64,000 bases of DNA from a virus (taxonomy: Duplodnaviria > Caudoviricetes), in IMG/VR virus record IMGVR_UViG_3300049740_002155; one strand, written 5' to 3'. The notes below the pieces were generated by a model, which was given only the letters and a program-made list of their open reading frames with translations, did not search any database and was not told where the DNA came from. A program made the position numbers and the translations under genes. Each line of letters starts with the position of its first letter. Within the stretch, counting starts at the first letter, position 1. This document shows, piece by piece, positions 19,262 to 28,794 of the stretch.

Positions 19262-20704
19262 ATGAGCGAAATAGGCAAATTATTACAAGAAAGTCAAAAT
19301 CCTCAAGAACGTCTTATGGCTGAAACCCGTGGTTTGGTATCAAAATGGGAAAAGACAGGACTTCTCGAAGGAATTTCGACTGACACAGAAAAGAGTGGTA
19401 TGTCCATTCTTTTAGAAAACCAAGCAAAGCAGTTGATCGACGAAGCATCACGCACCGGTACAGGTGGAGGTAACGAAGAATGGAGTGGAGTAGCACTTCC
19501 TCTCGTTCGACGTGTGTTCGCAGAAATCGCATCAAAGGAATTCGTTTCCGTCCAACCAATGAATCTTCCATCAGGATTGATTTTCTACTTAGACTTTAAG
19601 TATGGAACAGACCAATCACTTCAAGGTAAAGGTGGAAGTCTTTTCGGTGGATCAGCAGACGCAAAACTCGGTTCAACCGACAAAGCAGAAGGTGGTCTAT
19701 ACGGTGCAGGACGCCATGGTTACTCAATCAATGACAAGCAAGTTACTGTTGAAGTTGGAGACGCACTTCCATCTGATGCAGACTTAGAAAGCATTCGTGC
19801 ATTCCAAGTTGACGGTAATGCACTTGTTCTTGATGCAGATAACAAAATGACACAAGCAGGTACACTTCAGTATCACGCACAAACAACTGCGGACAATCGT
19901 GGTGACTTTGAAGATAATCTTGGAAAGTCAGCAGAAGTTGCAGGTGCTGATCCAGAAGTTCCTTCTGATTCTGGTCTTCAAAAGGACATCGGAATTCCTG
20001 AAGTAAACTTGGAACTCAAAAGTGAACCAATCGTTGCAAAGACACGCAAGTTGAAAGCAGTTTGGACACCAGAGTTGGCACAAGACTTAAACGCATACCA
20101 TAGTATTGACGCAGAAGCAGAATTGACTTCTCTTCTTTCCGAGTACGTTTCAATGGAAATTGATTTGGAAATTCTTGATATGCTTATCGTTAACGCACAC
20201 ACAGACGGTGGTACATTCAATGCGGCTGCTGATCTCCAAGGTGGTGAGACTCAAGGAACATTGTTCCAAAAACTCGGCACAAAGATTCAAAAGGTGAGTA
20301 ACACAATTCATCAATTGACTCTTCGTGGTGGTGCAAACTTCTTGGTTTGTTCCCCACAAGTTGCTACAGTTCTTGAAAGTATCCCAGGATATGCAGCTGA
20401 CACAGACGGAAATCAGTCTCAGTTCGCAATGGGTGTTACCAAGGTTGGTGCATTAAACAATCGTTTCCAAGTCTACAAGAACCCATACATGACAAGTGGT
20501 GACGTTCTTATCGGATTCCGTGGAACAAACTTCCTCGAAACAGGTGCAGTTTATGCTCCGTACATTCCGTTGATCCAAACTCCTTTGGTATACGATCCGG
20601 TCAACTTTACTCCACGTCGTGGTGTAATGACTCGTTATGCTAAGAAGATGGTTCGTCCTGAATTCTACGGAAAAATCTCTGTTACCGGTACAGCAGATCT
20701 TTAA
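19262..20704 (+). CDS. gp23: Major capsid protein (T4 gp23-like)
   Basis: VSVQPMNLPSGLIFY, AKTRKLKAVWTPELAQDLNAYH, EIDLEIL, YAPYIPL, FTPRRGVMTRY; strong bias to C-ending codons. Confidence 0.96.
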   Translation: MSEIGKLLQESQNPQERLMAETRGLVSKWEKTGLLEGISTDTEKSGMSILLENQAKQLIDEASRTGTGGGNEEWSGVALPLVRRVFAEIASKEFVSVQPMNLPSGLIFYLDFKYGTDQSLQGKGGSLFGGSADAKLGSTDKAEGGLYGAGRHGYSINDKQVTVEVGDALPSDADLESIRAFQVDGNALVLDADNKMTQAGTLQYHAQTTADNRGDFEDNLGKSAEVAGADPEVPSDSGLQKDIGIPEVNLELKSEPIVAKTRKLKAVWTPELAQDLNAYHSIDAEAELTSLLSEYVSMEIDLEILDMLIVNAHTDGGTFNAAADLQGGETQGTLFQKLGTKIQKVSNTIHQLTLRGGANFLVCSPQVATVLESIPGYAADTDGNQSQFAMGVTKVGALNNRFQVYKNPYMTSGDVLIGFRGTNFLETGAVYAPYIPLIQTPLVYDPVNFTPRRGVMTRYAKKMVRPEFYGKISVTGTADL

Positions 20705-20729
20705 TTCTGCAAAGGATAACACAAAATTT

Positions 20730-20760
20730 AAGAGGGGTTCTTTTGAACCCCTCTTTTATT
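20730..20760 (+). terminator. Intrinsic terminator after capsid gene
   Basis: AAGAGGGGTTC-TTTT-GAACCCCTCTT followed by T-rich tail. Confidence 0.85.
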
Positions 20761-20785
20761 TTATAACGATTACTATAAGTGATGT

Positions 20786-20793
20786 ATATTTAT
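20786..20793 (+). promoter_or_regulatory. ATATTTAT motif 4 nt before ATG 20798
   Basis: Follows terminator; no SD. Confidence 0.6.
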
Positions 20794-20797
20794 AGAC

Positions 20798-22138
20798 ATG
20801 GATGAAACAGAGAATACTGAATTAGAGAGAATACGGTGGGACGGAGTGGCAACATCACCAGTCGGAAAAACACCATTTGGTTTTTTTGACTCGGATGCTG
20901 AGTTTGTTTCGTTCGCACCAAGAGCAGCCGACTGGGCAGCTAAAAGACTCGGTTATCCAATTGTTGATGTTGAAATGATTGATGTACAATTTTATACCTG
21001 TTTTGAAGAAGCAGTAACTGAATATAGTGCTCAGATAAATCAATTCTCAATCAAACAAAATTTATATAGTTTAAAAGGAACATCAACAAGTGTTAATTTA
21101 ACTACTTCTGTTTTACAAACACAACCTTTGCCATTTTATTTAAAACTTTCAGAGGCATATGGAGCAGAAGTTGGTGTTGGTGGAAACGTAGATTGGAGAA
21201 AACAAAGTTTAGATGTTAAAAAAGGAGTACAAACATACGACTTACAAGGTTTGTTTGATCAATATTACACTTGTCCTAAAACCGGTGAAAAGAAACTTGA
21301 GCAAATTGAAGTAAAAAGAGTATTTCATTTTCCACCACCTGCACTTAATAAAATATATGATCCTATGTCCAACTCGGGTATGAGTCATTCTAATTTATTA
21401 GGTGAATTTAATTGGGCAGGTATGTCACCTGTTGGTACACAATTTCTATTAAGACCTGTAAATGAAGACTTAATGCGATTACAGGCAATAGAATTCAATG
21501 AGCAAATAAGAAGAAGTGCGTATGGTTTTGAGTTAGTAAATAACAAACTAACTATATTTCCGGTTCCTGAAAAAGATTTTACACTTTGGTTTGATTACAT
21601 ATACAAACGTGAAAGAGATATAGCAGCCGTACAAGGTTATGTAGATGCAGATGATTTCAACACAATTCCAAAAACACAAACACAGGTGACCGAAGAAACA
21701 ACACAACAGGTAGTTGCGGATCAAGTGCAAACAGGACTTCCATCTGACCAAAGTGAACATTGCGATACACGTAATATAGCATCATCACCGGATTCGGTAA
21801 CAGATTTTAGTAATGTTCCTTATCAATTTCATAGTTTTTCTACAATTAACGATGTGGGTAAACGATGGATTATGAAATACTATTTATCAACTTGTAAAGA
21901 ATTATTAGGTTCAATTCGTGCAAAATATCAAAGCATACCAATACCTGGTGGAGAAACTTCGTTAGATGGTGATGCTTTGAGAGCAGAGGCACAAACCGAG
22001 AAAGAACAATTAATCACAGAACTTAGAGAAGATTTAGATGTAACAAGTCGTAGTACAACAAGTGAGCAACTTAATCAGGTATCTGATAACCTACAAGAAA
22101 ACCTAAAGAAAGTACCTAACTATTTATATATTGGATGA
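20798..22138 (+). CDS. Neck protein (T4 gp13-like adaptor)
   Basis: RLGYPIVDVEM, CFEEAVTEY, KYQSIPIPGG, LDGDAL; directly after the capsid gene. Confidence 0.75.
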   Translation: MDETENTELERIRWDGVATSPVGKTPFGFFDSDAEFVSFAPRAADWAAKRLGYPIVDVEMIDVQFYTCFEEAVTEYSAQINQFSIKQNLYSLKGTSTSVNLTTSVLQTQPLPFYLKLSEAYGAEVGVGGNVDWRKQSLDVKKGVQTYDLQGLFDQYYTCPKTGEKKLEQIEVKRVFHFPPPALNKIYDPMSNSGMSHSNLLGEFNWAGMSPVGTQFLLRPVNEDLMRLQAIEFNEQIRRSAYGFELVNNKLTIFPVPEKDFTLWFDYIYKRERDIAAVQGYVDADDFNTIPKTQTQVTEETTQQVVADQVQTGLPSDQSEHCDTRNIASSPDSVTDFSNVPYQFHSFSTINDVGKRWIMKYYLSTCKELLGSIRAKYQSIPIPGGETSLDGDALRAEAQTEKEQLITELREDLDVTSRSTTSEQLNQVSDNLQENLKKVPNYLYIG

Positions 22139-22144
22139 TTGGCA

Positions 22145-22606
22145 ATGTCGTATGGTAGATATTTTACAAGAAGAGACGTAAGATTAATGAATAGTCTTAA
22201 TGGTGAATTGCTAAATGATATAATTGAGCAATATGTTATTGTATATAAAATTAATCCAAACGAGACTGAAGCAAATTTATATGGTGAAAGTCTTGATAAA
22301 ATATATTACGAGGGTGTAAAAATAAATTGCTTGGTAGAAAGTGACCCACGAAGCACGAACTATGAAGGATTTGGTCCTGATGTTAAAAAAGGAACACTGT
22401 TTAGATTTCATCAGAAATTGTGTGAAATAAAAAATATATACCCAGAAGTCTCGGATATTATTGAATGGGAGAACGCACATTTTGAAATCAGTAATGTGGT
22501 AGAAAATCAATTCTTGGGTGGCCAACCTGAAAAGAATTATAGTTTAGTGTGCAATGCACATATGAGCAGAAAAAGTAGACTTAACATAACCAACCGAGAA
22601 GTGTAA
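22145..22606 (+). CDS. Head-closure/neck protein (gp14-like)
   Basis: NLYGES motif and synteny. ATG at 22145 preferred over TTG 22139; TATTTATA at 22121-22128 lies in the end of the upstream gene. Confidence 0.6.
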   Translation: MSYGRYFTRRDVRLMNSLNGELLNDIIEQYVIVYKINPNETEANLYGESLDKIYYEGVKINCLVESDPRSTNYEGFGPDVKKGTLFRFHQKLCEIKNIYPEVSDIIEWENAHFEISNVVENQFLGGQPEKNYSLVCNAHMSRKSRLNITNREV

Positions 22607-23832
22607 TGGACTATGGTAATGTAAACAATCCTTTTATTACATTAAGAAAATTATCAGGTGATGATTCCGATACATTTACGGCTAAATTAAATACAAGTCC
22701 ACCAACACTTGCAAATGATAAATATATGTCAAATAAAAAGGTTTCAAAAGATTCCTTATATTCTGATAATCGTTCTGATAAAATGAGAATGGACGATGAT
22801 GGAATATCATTTGAAAATTACTCAATTACATTAATGGATATTGACAATATTTTATACGAATATTTCACTAAAGTAATAAACCCACAGGTTGATGATTCAG
22901 GTGGAACTATTGCATCGGTACCTGTTAGACACGCATCACCTGAAAGATGGAGTGCAATTTTGAATGATGGTGTTTATCGTGATAATAAGGGTCAGATTCA
23001 AAAACCAATGATAGTATTTACACGAACAAGTGTATCTAAGGATGATTCATTTGTTTATTTTAATCGTTATTTGTCCGTTCCTTTTATTAAAAAATTTGAT
23101 AAAAAAAATATGTACGATAAGTTTAGTTCTTTGACAAATTCAAATCGTCAATATGAAGTGCATAATATAACTTTTCCTGATCATGTAATATTGAATTATG
23201 ATTTCACAATGACAACCGAGTATGTACAACAAATGAATGCTCTTGTTGAACGTATAAATTGGGTAAGTAATGATTATTGGGGTGATCCTTCAAGATTTAA
23301 ATTTAGAGCATCGGTTGATTCTTTTTCAAACAGCGTGGAAGTACCTACCGATGATGACCGAGTGGTAAATACAACATTTTCTTTAACTGTTAATGCTTAT
23401 TTATTACCGGAAGTTTTTGATAATACAAAAACAACTAAACGAAACTTAACAAACAGAAAAGTCATATTTGGAACGGAAGTAATTTCTGATAAGGCAGTAA
23501 CAGGATTGGAAAACGCAGGTCAACGAGAAAAATTTGTTTTAAATAGAACCAACCGTGAATTATATATTGAAGGTGATGTTGGAGACGAAACTGAGATAAG
23601 AATATGGAACGACGAAGAATACTATAATATATTCATTGACCAAAATAAATTTGAGATAGCAATTGATGTAGATGACGATGCTAATGACTTTTTAATATGG
23701 AACAGAGATTCGGAGTTTGAATCAAACTTATTTAAAGACGATCACCTACAAATTCAAGTAGGTAATAAAAAAATAGAAATATCTACACACGAACATACTG
23801 TTGAAATAATTAAAATAAAATATATAACTTGA
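22606..23832 (+). CDS. Tail terminator / sheath stabiliser (gp15-like) with C-terminal extension
   Basis: VPVRHASPERW, FPDHVILNYDF, WGDPSRFKF; synteny before the sheath. Confidence 0.6.
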   Translation: MDYGNVNNPFITLRKLSGDDSDTFTAKLNTSPPTLANDKYMSNKKVSKDSLYSDNRSDKMRMDDDGISFENYSITLMDIDNILYEYFTKVINPQVDDSGGTIASVPVRHASPERWSAILNDGVYRDNKGQIQKPMIVFTRTSVSKDDSFVYFNRYLSVPFIKKFDKKNMYDKFSSLTNSNRQYEVHNITFPDHVILNYDFTMTTEYVQQMNALVERINWVSNDYWGDPSRFKFRASVDSFSNSVEVPTDDDRVVNTTFSLTVNAYLLPEVFDNTKTTKRNLTNRKVIFGTEVISDKAVTGLENAGQREKFVLNRTNRELYIEGDVGDETEIRIWNDEEYYNIFIDQNKFEIAIDVDDDANDFLIWNRDSEFESNLFKDDHLQIQVGNKKIEISTHEHTVEIIKIKYIT

Positions 23833-23857
23833 TTTTTTGATTATATTATTGTATTAT
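23829..23857 (+). promoter_or_regulatory. Sigma70-like promoter; predicted start at or near ATG 23865
   Basis: TTGATT-N17-TATTAT; ATG begins 8 nt after the -10 hexamer. Confidence 0.45.
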
Positions 23858-23864
23858 TTTAGCA

Positions 23865-24152
23865 ATGAAAAAAAACCAAGTAAAATTAACTAGTGACGAA
23901 CTAGCTGAGATTTTGGCGTTAAATAATGAGTATCAGGATATTCTAATAGGACTCGGTCAGGTTAGCATCCGTAGAGACTCTCTTAAAAAAGAAGAAGAAT
24001 CTATATCAAAAATGGAAAAAGAATGCTACTCTTCATATGAAGAAACTCAGAAAAAAGAAACTAATTTTAAAGAAAGAATTGCAAGAAAATATGGACAAGG
24101 TGAAATAGACCTTGAAACTGGTGTTTACACTAAATCAGAAAATAATTCATAA
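23865..24152 (+). CDS. Small coiled-coil hypothetical protein
   Basis: 95-aa ORF ending KYGQGEIDLETGVY. Confidence 0.65.
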   Translation: MKKNQVKLTSDELAEILALNNEYQDILIGLGQVSIRRDSLKKEEESISKMEKECYSSYEETQKKETNFKERIARKYGQGEIDLETGVYTKSENNS

Positions 24153-24178
24153 ATATAGGATTTTGAAATTTTCAAAAC

Positions 24179-24186
24179 ATATTTAT
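24179..24186 (+). promoter_or_regulatory. ATATTTAT motif upstream of sheath
   Basis: 60 nt before the ATG; gene has an AAGGAG SD. Confidence 0.55.
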
Positions 24187-24246
24187 CATTAAAAGTAAAA
24201 CATTTCCAAATTTTCAACCCATAACCCATAAAGGAGACTATATAAG

Positions 24247-26898
24247 ATGGCAGAACGAATTGTAAGTCCAGCAGTTTTCACCAACGAAATCGATCAAACG
24301 TTTTTAACGCAAGGCATTTCACAGATTGGTGGTGCGGTTGTAGGTCCATTCTCAAGAGGACCTGCATATGCTCCAACTATCGTGAGAAGTCACGCAGAAT
24401 TAGAAGATTTATTCGGTGTACCAGAAGGAAAATATTATCAACCATTCACAGCACGTGAGTATTTAACACACCAAGGTGTTGTTACTATCGTTCGTGTTGG
24501 TGCATTGGGTGGATACAAACAAGATAACGCACTTGTAATCAAAGCAAAGGTAACAGATGTACCGGCAGACTTAAGTGGATCACTCGGAAGTGGGTCACTC
24601 GGAGTTTCCGTTGGAGACGAAGTAGTTATCGGTGTATTAGCAAATACTCTTTACGAAGGTATAGCAGATACATCTGGTTTTGAAGGTTCAAGTATTGATA
24701 ACGACACATCCGTATTGTACTATGATACAGAGAGTGTCGATCCTGATTCAGGTGAAGTAGTTTCAGTAGGAAACTTAGAAACAACTCTTTACCTCAGAAA
24801 AACAGTTAGAACCGAAGACGAGTTCACAGGTGAAGTTATTGAGAGTGTTCAAAGTTTGAAAGATGAATTTGATTCTGATTATGCTTTTAACATTGATCCA
24901 AAAGAACCAGATAGTCTTCAAAATATCTTTGGTAGAGCAGCCAAGAAGAATTTAGAACCAGCATATTTCTACTCATATTTCCAAAATTCACAAGAAGATG
25001 TTTTCAATAACATCATGTCTGGTGTAAAGTATAAAGTTGAAGTAGATACTTCTGACGATACAATGATATTTGAAACACGTGATAGTGTAACCGGTGAAGT
25101 TGACGATGATCCTTGGAAACCAGGTGAGGCTGCTTTCAGTTGCCGTCCTGCTGAAACTCCTTGGTTCAAGTCACAAGAAATCAGTGGAAGACGATATGAT
25201 CTATTTAAGGTTTGGACAAGAAACATGGGTTCAAGTGCAAATCGTGAAATCAAGATTGCTATCTATAACATCAGAACTCCGGGTTCAATTCAAGATACAG
25301 ATTATGGTTCATTTAGTTTGATGGTTCGTTCATTTAACGATAACGATAAATCACCTGAAATCATTGAGAACTATGATAATTGTACACTTGATCCAATGAG
25401 TCCACGATTCCTTCCACGTGTAATCGGTGATCGTTTTACAACAATTGATTCAAAAGGAAAAATCGTTGATTACGGTGATTACGCAAATTCAAGTAATTGG
25501 ATTCGTATTGAAATGCCTTACGAAAGTACTGCACCTGCAAATGCTATGCCTTATGGTCATGCTCCATATCGTTCACCACTTGGTGGAATTGACATCGGAA
25601 CACCAAAGTATAGTTATGCTTCTCAATACTCAAGAAATGTAGGAAGATACTTCAATGGTGCGGTGTTTAATCAAACATCACCTGACGGAATTCTTGAACT
25701 TCCACGTTCTGCAAGAGATACATCTGAACTTTTCCAACCACTTCCTGCTAACCCAGGTGATGCTGGAAGAGGTTTCTACATGGATAAATCAAAAGATTTA
25801 GAGTGGGTAGGTTCTTATGTAGAAGAAGTTGACGGAACAACTACCGTAACTGAAGTTGATCCAATTCCTGTTAATCCATCTACTGCTGACGAATTGCTTG
25901 TAGCAAAACTTCGTAGATTTGTAGTTGGTTTCCAAGGTGGATTTGACGGACAATCTCCTGCACATCCAATTATGTTAGGAAAAGACATTTCTGAAACAAA
26001 TGTTCAAGGTCTTGATTGTAGTAGAGAATTTAGTTCTGGAACAAAGGGATACAAACGTGCGTTTGCGGCTCTTAGTAACCAAGACGAGTTTGACATCAAT
26101 CTTCTTGTAACACCTGGTTTGACACTTGATCTACATAGATCAGTTATTAATCGTGGTGTTGATTTGTGCGAACAAAGAGAAGATTGCTTCTACATCCTTG
26201 ACTGCGTAAGTGCTCATAATCAACCAGGTCGTGTTGATGATGCGGTACAACAAGTTTCTACAATTGATAGTAACTATGCAGCCACATACTATCCTTGGGT
26301 AAAGATTATTGATCCAGCAACAAATGTTTTACAACCATATCCACCCTCATCACTTATGATGGCTGTGTATGCGGCTAACGACAAAAGTTCTGCTGAGTGG
26401 TTTGCTCCTGCCGGTTTAAATCGTGGTGGAATTGAGCAAGCAGTTGCAGTAATGGATCGTCTTAACTTTGCAGAAAGAGATACACTTTACGAAGGTAAGG
26501 TAAATCCGATTGCGGCGTTTCCTGGTCAAGGTATTGTTGCATTTGGTCAAAAGACCTTACAACGTCGTTCAAGTGCATTAGACAGAGTTAACGTACGTCG
26601 TTTGCTTATTACACTCAAGAAGTTCATTGCAAGTTCCGCAAGATTCTTGCTTTTTGAACAAAATGTTGCATCAACTCGTAACCGTTTTCTTAGTATTGTT
26701 AATCCATACTTGGAAAATGTTCAGCAACGTCATGGTTTGTATGCTTTCCGTGTTATCATGGATGAGTCAAACAATACACCTGACTTGATTGATAGAAACA
26801 TTCTTTATGGTCAAATCTTCTTGCAACCAGCACGTGCAGTTGAGTTCATCATTCTTGATTTCAACTTGACACCAACTGGTGCTAGTTTTGAAGCATAA
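24247..26898 (+). CDS. gp18: Tail sheath protein (T4 gp18-like)
   Basis: IVSPAVFTNEID, SNYAATYYPW, WFAPAGLNRG, NPIAAFPGQG, RVNVRRLLI, FLLFEQN. Confidence 0.95.
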   Translation: MAERIVSPAVFTNEIDQTFLTQGISQIGGAVVGPFSRGPAYAPTIVRSHAELEDLFGVPEGKYYQPFTAREYLTHQGVVTIVRVGALGGYKQDNALVIKAKVTDVPADLSGSLGSGSLGVSVGDEVVIGVLANTLYEGIADTSGFEGSSIDNDTSVLYYDTESVDPDSGEVVSVGNLETTLYLRKTVRTEDEFTGEVIESVQSLKDEFDSDYAFNIDPKEPDSLQNIFGRAAKKNLEPAYFYSYFQNSQEDVFNNIMSGVKYKVEVDTSDDTMIFETRDSVTGEVDDDPWKPGEAAFSCRPAETPWFKSQEISGRRYDLFKVWTRNMGSSANREIKIAIYNIRTPGSIQDTDYGSFSLMVRSFNDNDKSPEIIENYDNCTLDPMSPRFLPRVIGDRFTTIDSKGKIVDYGDYANSSNWIRIEMPYESTAPANAMPYGHAPYRSPLGGIDIGTPKYSYASQYSRNVGRYFNGAVFNQTSPDGILELPRSARDTSELFQPLPANPGDAGRGFYMDKSKDLEWVGSYVEEVDGTTTVTEVDPIPVNPSTADELLVAKLRRFVVGFQGGFDGQSPAHPIMLGKDISETNVQGLDCSREFSSGTKGYKRAFAALSNQDEFDINLLVTPGLTLDLHRSVINRGVDLCEQREDCFYILDCVSAHNQPGRVDDAVQQVSTIDSNYAATYYPWVKIIDPATNVLQPYPPSSLMMAVYAANDKSSAEWFAPAGLNRGGIEQAVAVMDRLNFAERDTLYEGKVNPIAAFPGQGIVAFGQKTLQRRSSALDRVNVRRLLITLKKFIASSARFLLFEQNVASTRNRFLSIVNPYLENVQQRHGLYAFRVIMDESNNTPDLIDRNILYGQIFLQPARAVEFIILDFNLTPTGASFEA

Positions 26899-26921
26899 TA
26901 TAGTGTAAGAAACTAAAATTT

Positions 26922-26954
26922 AAAAACCCCTCTGTTCGCAGAGGGGTTTTTTTT
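26922..26954 (+). terminator. Intrinsic terminator after sheath
   Basis: AAAAACCCCTCTG-TTCG-CAGAGGGGTTTTT followed by T run. Confidence 0.9.
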
Positions 26955-26964
26955 GTGTAGATAT

Positions 26965-26972
26965 ATATTTAT
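26965..26972 (+). promoter_or_regulatory. ATATTTAT motif 5 nt before ATG 26978
   Basis: Follows terminator; no SD. Confidence 0.6.
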
Positions 26973-26977
26973 TAGAA

Positions 26978-27679
26978 ATGGATATGTCATTAACAGAAAT
27001 TCTTCATGAACTTCAATACAAAGAGTTTTGTAAATTTGTAAAAGAAAACAAACTTGATAAAGATGAAGTACAATTAAATGAATTTGCGATTCCTGGTAAA
27101 CTAAAAAAGATTTGGTCTTTTTTGGTGGAACTGAAAAACATAGTAAAAGTCAAAATGAAAGACTTGGTAAAATTGTTTTTGAATAAAGTTGTTTTTAAGT
27201 TCTTCGCAAAAATTAAGTTTAGTATGAAGTATCTGTTTGATCTTGTTAAAAGAGGATTTAAGGCATATAAGCAGATCATAAAGGCAATCGGTGAATATAT
27301 AGCAAACACTAAGGTAGGTCGTTGGACAGAAGACAAATTAAAAGACTTAGACGCATTTTTAGCAAAGCATCCTAAAACTAAAAGAATTGCAGGTTTGGCA
27401 GTTGCTGGTATTCTAATTTATATTTGGTTGAATATGACATTCACCGGTAATGCTGATTATGACTTTGATATGGGTGACATGATTTTGGCACTCGGGGGAG
27501 GATTCACTTTATCTACACTATTTGCTGGACCAGAAGGAATGGCACTTCTTACTTTGTTTGCAACCGGTGTTATAGGTTTATCTTTTCCATGGCCAGGTCC
27601 TCAACATTTTCAATTTATAGGAGCAGTTCTATATGGTTCTGCAAAATTAGTTGGACAGAAATTAACGAAAGATAAATAA
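26978..27679 (+). CDS. Predicted membrane protein between sheath and tube
   Basis: Basic amphipathic N-half; hydrophobic segments IAGLAVAGILIYIWL and MALLTLFATGVIGLSF. Confidence 0.7.
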   Translation: MDMSLTEILHELQYKEFCKFVKENKLDKDEVQLNEFAIPGKLKKIWSFLVELKNIVKVKMKDLVKLFLNKVVFKFFAKIKFSMKYLFDLVKRGFKAYKQIIKAIGEYIANTKVGRWTEDKLKDLDAFLAKHPKTKRIAGLAVAGILIYIWLNMTFTGNADYDFDMGDMILALGGGFTLSTLFAGPEGMALLTLFATGVIGLSFPWPGPQHFQFIGAVLYGSAKLVGQKLTKDK

Positions 27680-27748
27680 ATATATTTTTTAATTTACCAA
27701 CTATTTATATTTGTTGATTGAAAAAATGAACTTTCGGATTTTTAATCA

Positions 27749-27756
27749 ATATTTAT
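27749..27756 (+). promoter_or_regulatory. ATATTTAT motif upstream of tail tube
   Basis: 42 nt before the ATG; GGAG SD present. Confidence 0.55.
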
Positions 27757-27798
27757 ACTAAAAATAATCATTTAACATTAAACTGGAGAATATATAAA

Positions 27799-28290
27799 AT
27801 GGCACAAGTTATTTCAACCGAAGAAATGTTTTTTACGGCATTTGAACCGAAAACAGCAAATCGTTTTATCATGTATATGGACGGAGTACCCGCATACCTT
27901 ATTAAAAGTGTTACTCGTCCTAATCTTAATATCGAAGTACAAACTCTTGATCACATCAACATCAAACGCAAGATTCGTGGTGGTAAAGCAGAATGGCAAG
28001 ATATTACAATGACTCTTTATGATCCAATCGTACCAAGTGGTGCTCAGGTAGCAATGGAATGGGTTCGTCTTTCTCACGAATCTGTAACAGGTAGAAACGG
28101 TTATGCCGACTTCTATAAAAAAGACCTTGTTATCAATACACTCGGTCCTGTTGGTGACCTCGTTGAAGAATGGACAATCAAAGGTGCTTGGTGTCAAGCA
28201 ACTAACATGGGAACATTAGACTGGTCAACAAGTGAATTCATGACTGTTGAACTTACCGTTTCCTACGATTACGCAATTCTTCAATACTAA
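27799..28290 (+). CDS. gp19: Tail tube protein (T4 gp19-like)
   Basis: FEPKTANRF, WQDITMTLYDP, GPVGDLVEEWTIKGAW, SYDYA. Confidence 0.88.
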   Translation: MAQVISTEEMFFTAFEPKTANRFIMYMDGVPAYLIKSVTRPNLNIEVQTLDHINIKRKIRGGKAEWQDITMTLYDPIVPSGAQVAMEWVRLSHESVTGRNGYADFYKKDLVINTLGPVGDLVEEWTIKGAWCQATNMGTLDWSTSEFMTVELTVSYDYAILQY

Positions 28291-28311
28291 TCTAAAATTA
28301 ACCAGTTTAAT

Positions 28312-28342
28312 AAAAAAAACTTCCGAATGGAAGTTTTTTTTT
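28312..28342 (+). terminator. Intrinsic terminator after tube
   Basis: AAAAAAAACTTCC-GAAT-GGAAGTTTTTTTT. Confidence 0.85.
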
Positions 28343-28351
28343 AGCCAATAT

Positions 28352-28359
28352 ATATTTAT
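28352..28359 (+). promoter_or_regulatory. ATATTTAT motif 6 nt before ATG 28366
   Basis: Follows terminator; no SD. Confidence 0.6.
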
Positions 28360-28365
28360 GATAAC

Positions 28366-28707
28366 ATGAAGTCTGATAAATTAAAAAACCAAGTTCTTTC
28401 TATTTTTGAAGAAATTAAACAAGATAAACAAACCGACTTGCAATTAGAAGGTTTAAAAGGTGCGTATGCTAAGTTGGCAAAGTTTTTGTTACAACAAGTA
28501 AAAGCAGGTAAATTTCTTAGAAATTACGACATTGAAGATAATGCAGGTCGTATGGTGTTCCAAACAGGTAGTGGAAAGAAAATTGTATTCAATGATATGA
28601 AACTTGGAGTTACTTTAAACAAAACATGGAAAGGTAAAAAGTCTAACGAGTTTTTTAATTATAATGATCACAAGGGTATTTTAAAATTTGCTCTTGCTGA
28701 CATTTAA
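28366..28707 (+). CDS. Hypothetical protein
   Basis: 113-aa ORF with its own motif. Confidence 0.65.
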   Translation: MKSDKLKNQVLSIFEEIKQDKQTDLQLEGLKGAYAKLAKFLLQQVKAGKFLRNYDIEDNAGRMVFQTGSGKKIVFNDMKLGVTLNKTWKGKKSNEFFNYNDHKGILKFALADI

Positions 28708-28794
28708 TATATATTTTTTTTGAAAAAATTTTTTTCTTGTATATGTATATATATTGGTATATATTATACTTCAATTTAAATAAAGGTTACAATT

